NCBI GenBank assembly: GCA_950097015.1 | Contig: CATNEN010000001.1 | Span: 20,522,001 to 20,586,000 of the forward strand | From: Macrostomum hystrix | Lineage: Eukaryota > Animalia > Platyhelminthes | Direction of reading: 5' to 3' | Length of the DNA: 64,000 nt | In this document: positions 61,573-64,000 of the stretch, one piece after another | Numbering within the stretch: the first letter of the stretch is position 1 | Layout of the letters: each line of letters opens with the position of its first letter | Program-made: the position numbers and the translations under genes | The notes under the pieces: model-generated | Told to the model about the DNA's origin: nothing | Databases searched by the model: none | The model's input: the letters and a program-made list of their open reading frames with translations, nothing else

Positions 61573-62144
61573 GTGTTGTATCGTGTATTTTATCCCTGAA
61601 GAATTTTGTTGGTAAGTTTAAACGTACTTATATTCAGATTTAATGGACTTTGTTCCGTTAATCGTTGCTTTATTATATTAGTATTGGTATAGCGGCATAA
61701 CTATGACCAATCGGTGTTCAATTAAGAAAGTTTTCCTATTATACGCACTTTCAACAATTCACAGTCGTTGATTTTATAGAGTAGATTATATATTTCCATT
61801 TTGCTTTCATGTTTTTACAAGTAAGATCATTAACGCTTTATATGCTCATTCGATTATGAAGACTAAAGATTATATTGAAGGATCAGTTATATATTTGTGT
61901 TTTTGACTAAAAGTGCAATTATTATATTGCAGTGGTAAGTGCGAATATTAAAAATGTCACTTTTTAATAAAAAATTTACGAAATAAAAATGTTACTAAAC
62001 GGTATACGAAATTATAACATTTAAGCAAAAAAATTACAGCTTACCTATGTCTCTAACTGTTAAAAAAGATATCCTAACAATGTTGCCGAGGCTGCAGCAT
62101 TTATGGTATTAAGCTACCATAGCAACCAGCTGCTTCCTTCCAAG

Positions 62145-62592
62145 TTGCCTTAGCAACGAACTGCTTCATTCCAGCTGGCCTTAGCAACCATCTACTCACA
62201 GCCTAAATGGCCTTAGCAACCATCTACTCACTCCCTAATGGCCTTAGCAACCATCTACTCACTCCCTAATGGCCTTAGCAACCATCTACTCACTCCCTCA
62301 TGGCCTTAGCAACCATCTACTCACTCCCTAATGGCCTTAGCAACCATCTACTCACTCCCTAATGGCCTTAGCAACCATCTACTCACTCCCTAATGGCCTT
62401 AGCAACCATCTACTCACTCCCTCATGGCCTTAGCAACCATCTACTCACTCCCTAATGGCCTTAGCAACTATCTACTCACTCCCTCATGGCCTTAGCAACC
62501 ATCTACTCACTCCCTAATGACCTTAGCAACCATCTACTCACTCCCTAATGGCCTTAGCAACCATCTACTCACTCCCTAATGACCTTAGCAAC
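62145..62592. repeat. 31-bp minisatellite (GGCCTTAGCAACCATCTACTCACTCCCTAAT)n
   Basis: Direct reading of the sequence. Confidence 0.95.
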
Positions 62593-62622
62593 AAACAGAT
62601 TCAAATCTGAGTCGGTGGCGTC

Positions 62623-63858
62623 CTACAGAATCGGCGGCGGCGGAGGCGGCGACAGCTGCATGATCTCCATCAGCATTGGGTCGCGGCACTCCTGTCGGTC
62701 ATCTCCGGCTTCGCCTCGCCCCCGAGCTCGATCTCGAGCGGCGCCACGCGCGAACAGCCACGGCCTGACTAGCTGCAGGATGCGCAGTCGGCTGAGCGCG
62801 CACTGACGCGCGGCATCCTGACGGAAGCGCGGCACGGTGAGCAGCAGAAGCAGCGGATTGGCGCACAGCTGCAAGGTGCTCATCAGGCGGCTCAGGTAGA
62901 TGCACAGCTCATTGTCGAACTGAAGCGCAGACGTGGCCGACTTGTCAGAGCCGAATCCTTGCAGGTCCAGCTGCTGCTGCTGATGCTGGTGCAGGTGTCT
63001 GGCTGAGCGCAGCCAATGGTAGTGAAGCTGCAGCACGCAGTTGTACACGGCTGGTGGCAGGCACAGCACAGCGTAGCCGAAGCAGCATGCCAGCAGGCCC
63101 GTCTGCATGCTGCAGTACAGATTCGAGTCGATGATGTATTGCGAGAGTAGCTGCTTCTTCTGCTGGCCTTGGCAATGTGGCTCGCTTTTCAAATGAAAGA
63201 AATAATTACGTTTAATTAAAAACTCGAGCGCGCTGTCAGTGAGAAAGCGAATCTGCTCAATCATCTGACTCATGCGCACACCAACCTGCACACAGGTACT
63301 GAACGCAGCCACACACTCATACTTTCTGCTCGAGCTCAGGGACCTTGGTGCGAGAGGCAAACGCGACCGTTGTGCCACTCACTCCCTAATCTAATTAACA
63401 GTAGTATTGTATGTGTGACTACGTTCGCTCGGTGTGTGTGTGTGCTTAGTAGTCAGCGGAAGTGGCAGAATTGGCTCCTTACTGGCTGCGGGTCGACTGT
63501 CACCACATGATCCAATAAGCACCAACCTTCTGCGGTCATTGGCTAGACGATGACGCCATCGGTCGCTGACGCGATACCAATACAGGCTGGCCAATGAGAA
63601 TGCGATTGTCAGCGTCACTGGAATGACGTCACCAACTAGGAGGTCTCCTATTGGCCAAAGCCAGTCAGTGAATGTGTCTGTGATTGGCCAGCGCTCGGTC
63701 CAGCCGCAGTGCAAGATTCTGTCGGTGGTGTCGCCGCTGACAAGTGGACTCTCCTTCACAATGGTCAGGGTCCACAGGTGGTGCGCGTTTAACAGCACAA
63801 CCAGCACGCAGGCAAGGATGGCACTGTTTTTCACCCACTCCCTGGAGTAGCTGTTCAC
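62623..63858 (-). CDS. Class A (rhodopsin-like, peptide-type) GPCR, TM4-TM7 exons; 5' part lies beyond the window
   Basis: TM4 ILACVLVVLLNAHHLW, ECL2 Cys, TM5 WPIGDLLVGDVIPVTL, TM6 CFGYAVLCLP, TM7 LCANPLLL followed by PRFR helix 8; acceptor at 63858; the internal intron (~63480-63185) is not resolved. Confidence 0.75.
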
Positions 63859-63917
63859 CTGGCAACAAGGGCAATTCACTGCTAATTCAACATTGTTTTC
63901 TGTACGGAGTAGAAAAA

Positions 63918-64000
63918 GTGTCTCATCTCTCCCGTGTCTCATCATCTCTCCCGTGTCTAATCTCTCCCGTGTCTCATCTCTCCCGTGTCTCATCATCTCT
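63918..64000. repeat. (TGTCTCATCTCTCCCG)n minisatellite, same family as at 1745-1955 and 50800-51190
   Basis: Direct reading of the sequence. Confidence 0.9.

Noticed and set aside
12160-62592. 31-34-bp repeat arrays as CRISPR arrays
   Set aside because: Units are directly adjacent with no unique spacers, there are no cas genes, and the context is eukaryotic

Overview
Intron-containing animal genomic DNA. Its minisatellite-filled introns and gene set resemble a free-living flatworm such as Macrostomum, which is an inference only. The left ~39 kb is a transposon-riddled, putative innate-immunity locus. Two tail-to-tail paralogues each encode N-terminal ankyrin repeats fused to a Mab-21/cGAS-like nucleotidyltransferase (cGLR) with an intact acidic catalytic triad (4335-7395 +; 38777-34674 -). 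They flank a complete 6-exon Mx-like dynamin GTPase (26932-23721 -). The second cGLR has an in-frame TGA in a still-conserved region and a probable terminal exon encoding membrane-spanning segments. Mobile DNA includes an 11.8-kb hAT-type element with perfect TIRs and an 8-bp TSD, carrying nested elements and an orphan exon. There are also tandem Helitrons, an IS630/Tc1-like transposase relic, a Merlin relic and a Merlin-type MITE, a hAT MITE, a SINE and an RTE-like LINE. The remaining genes are housekeeping: a CAB39/Mo25 5' exon, flotillin-2, B3GNTL1/QTGAL, an FMO, L2HGDH and the 3' part of a class A GPCR. B3GNTL1, FMO and L2HGDH are tightly co-oriented, like an operon. Exon boundaries were derived by hand from GT-AG signals and reading-frame continuity.
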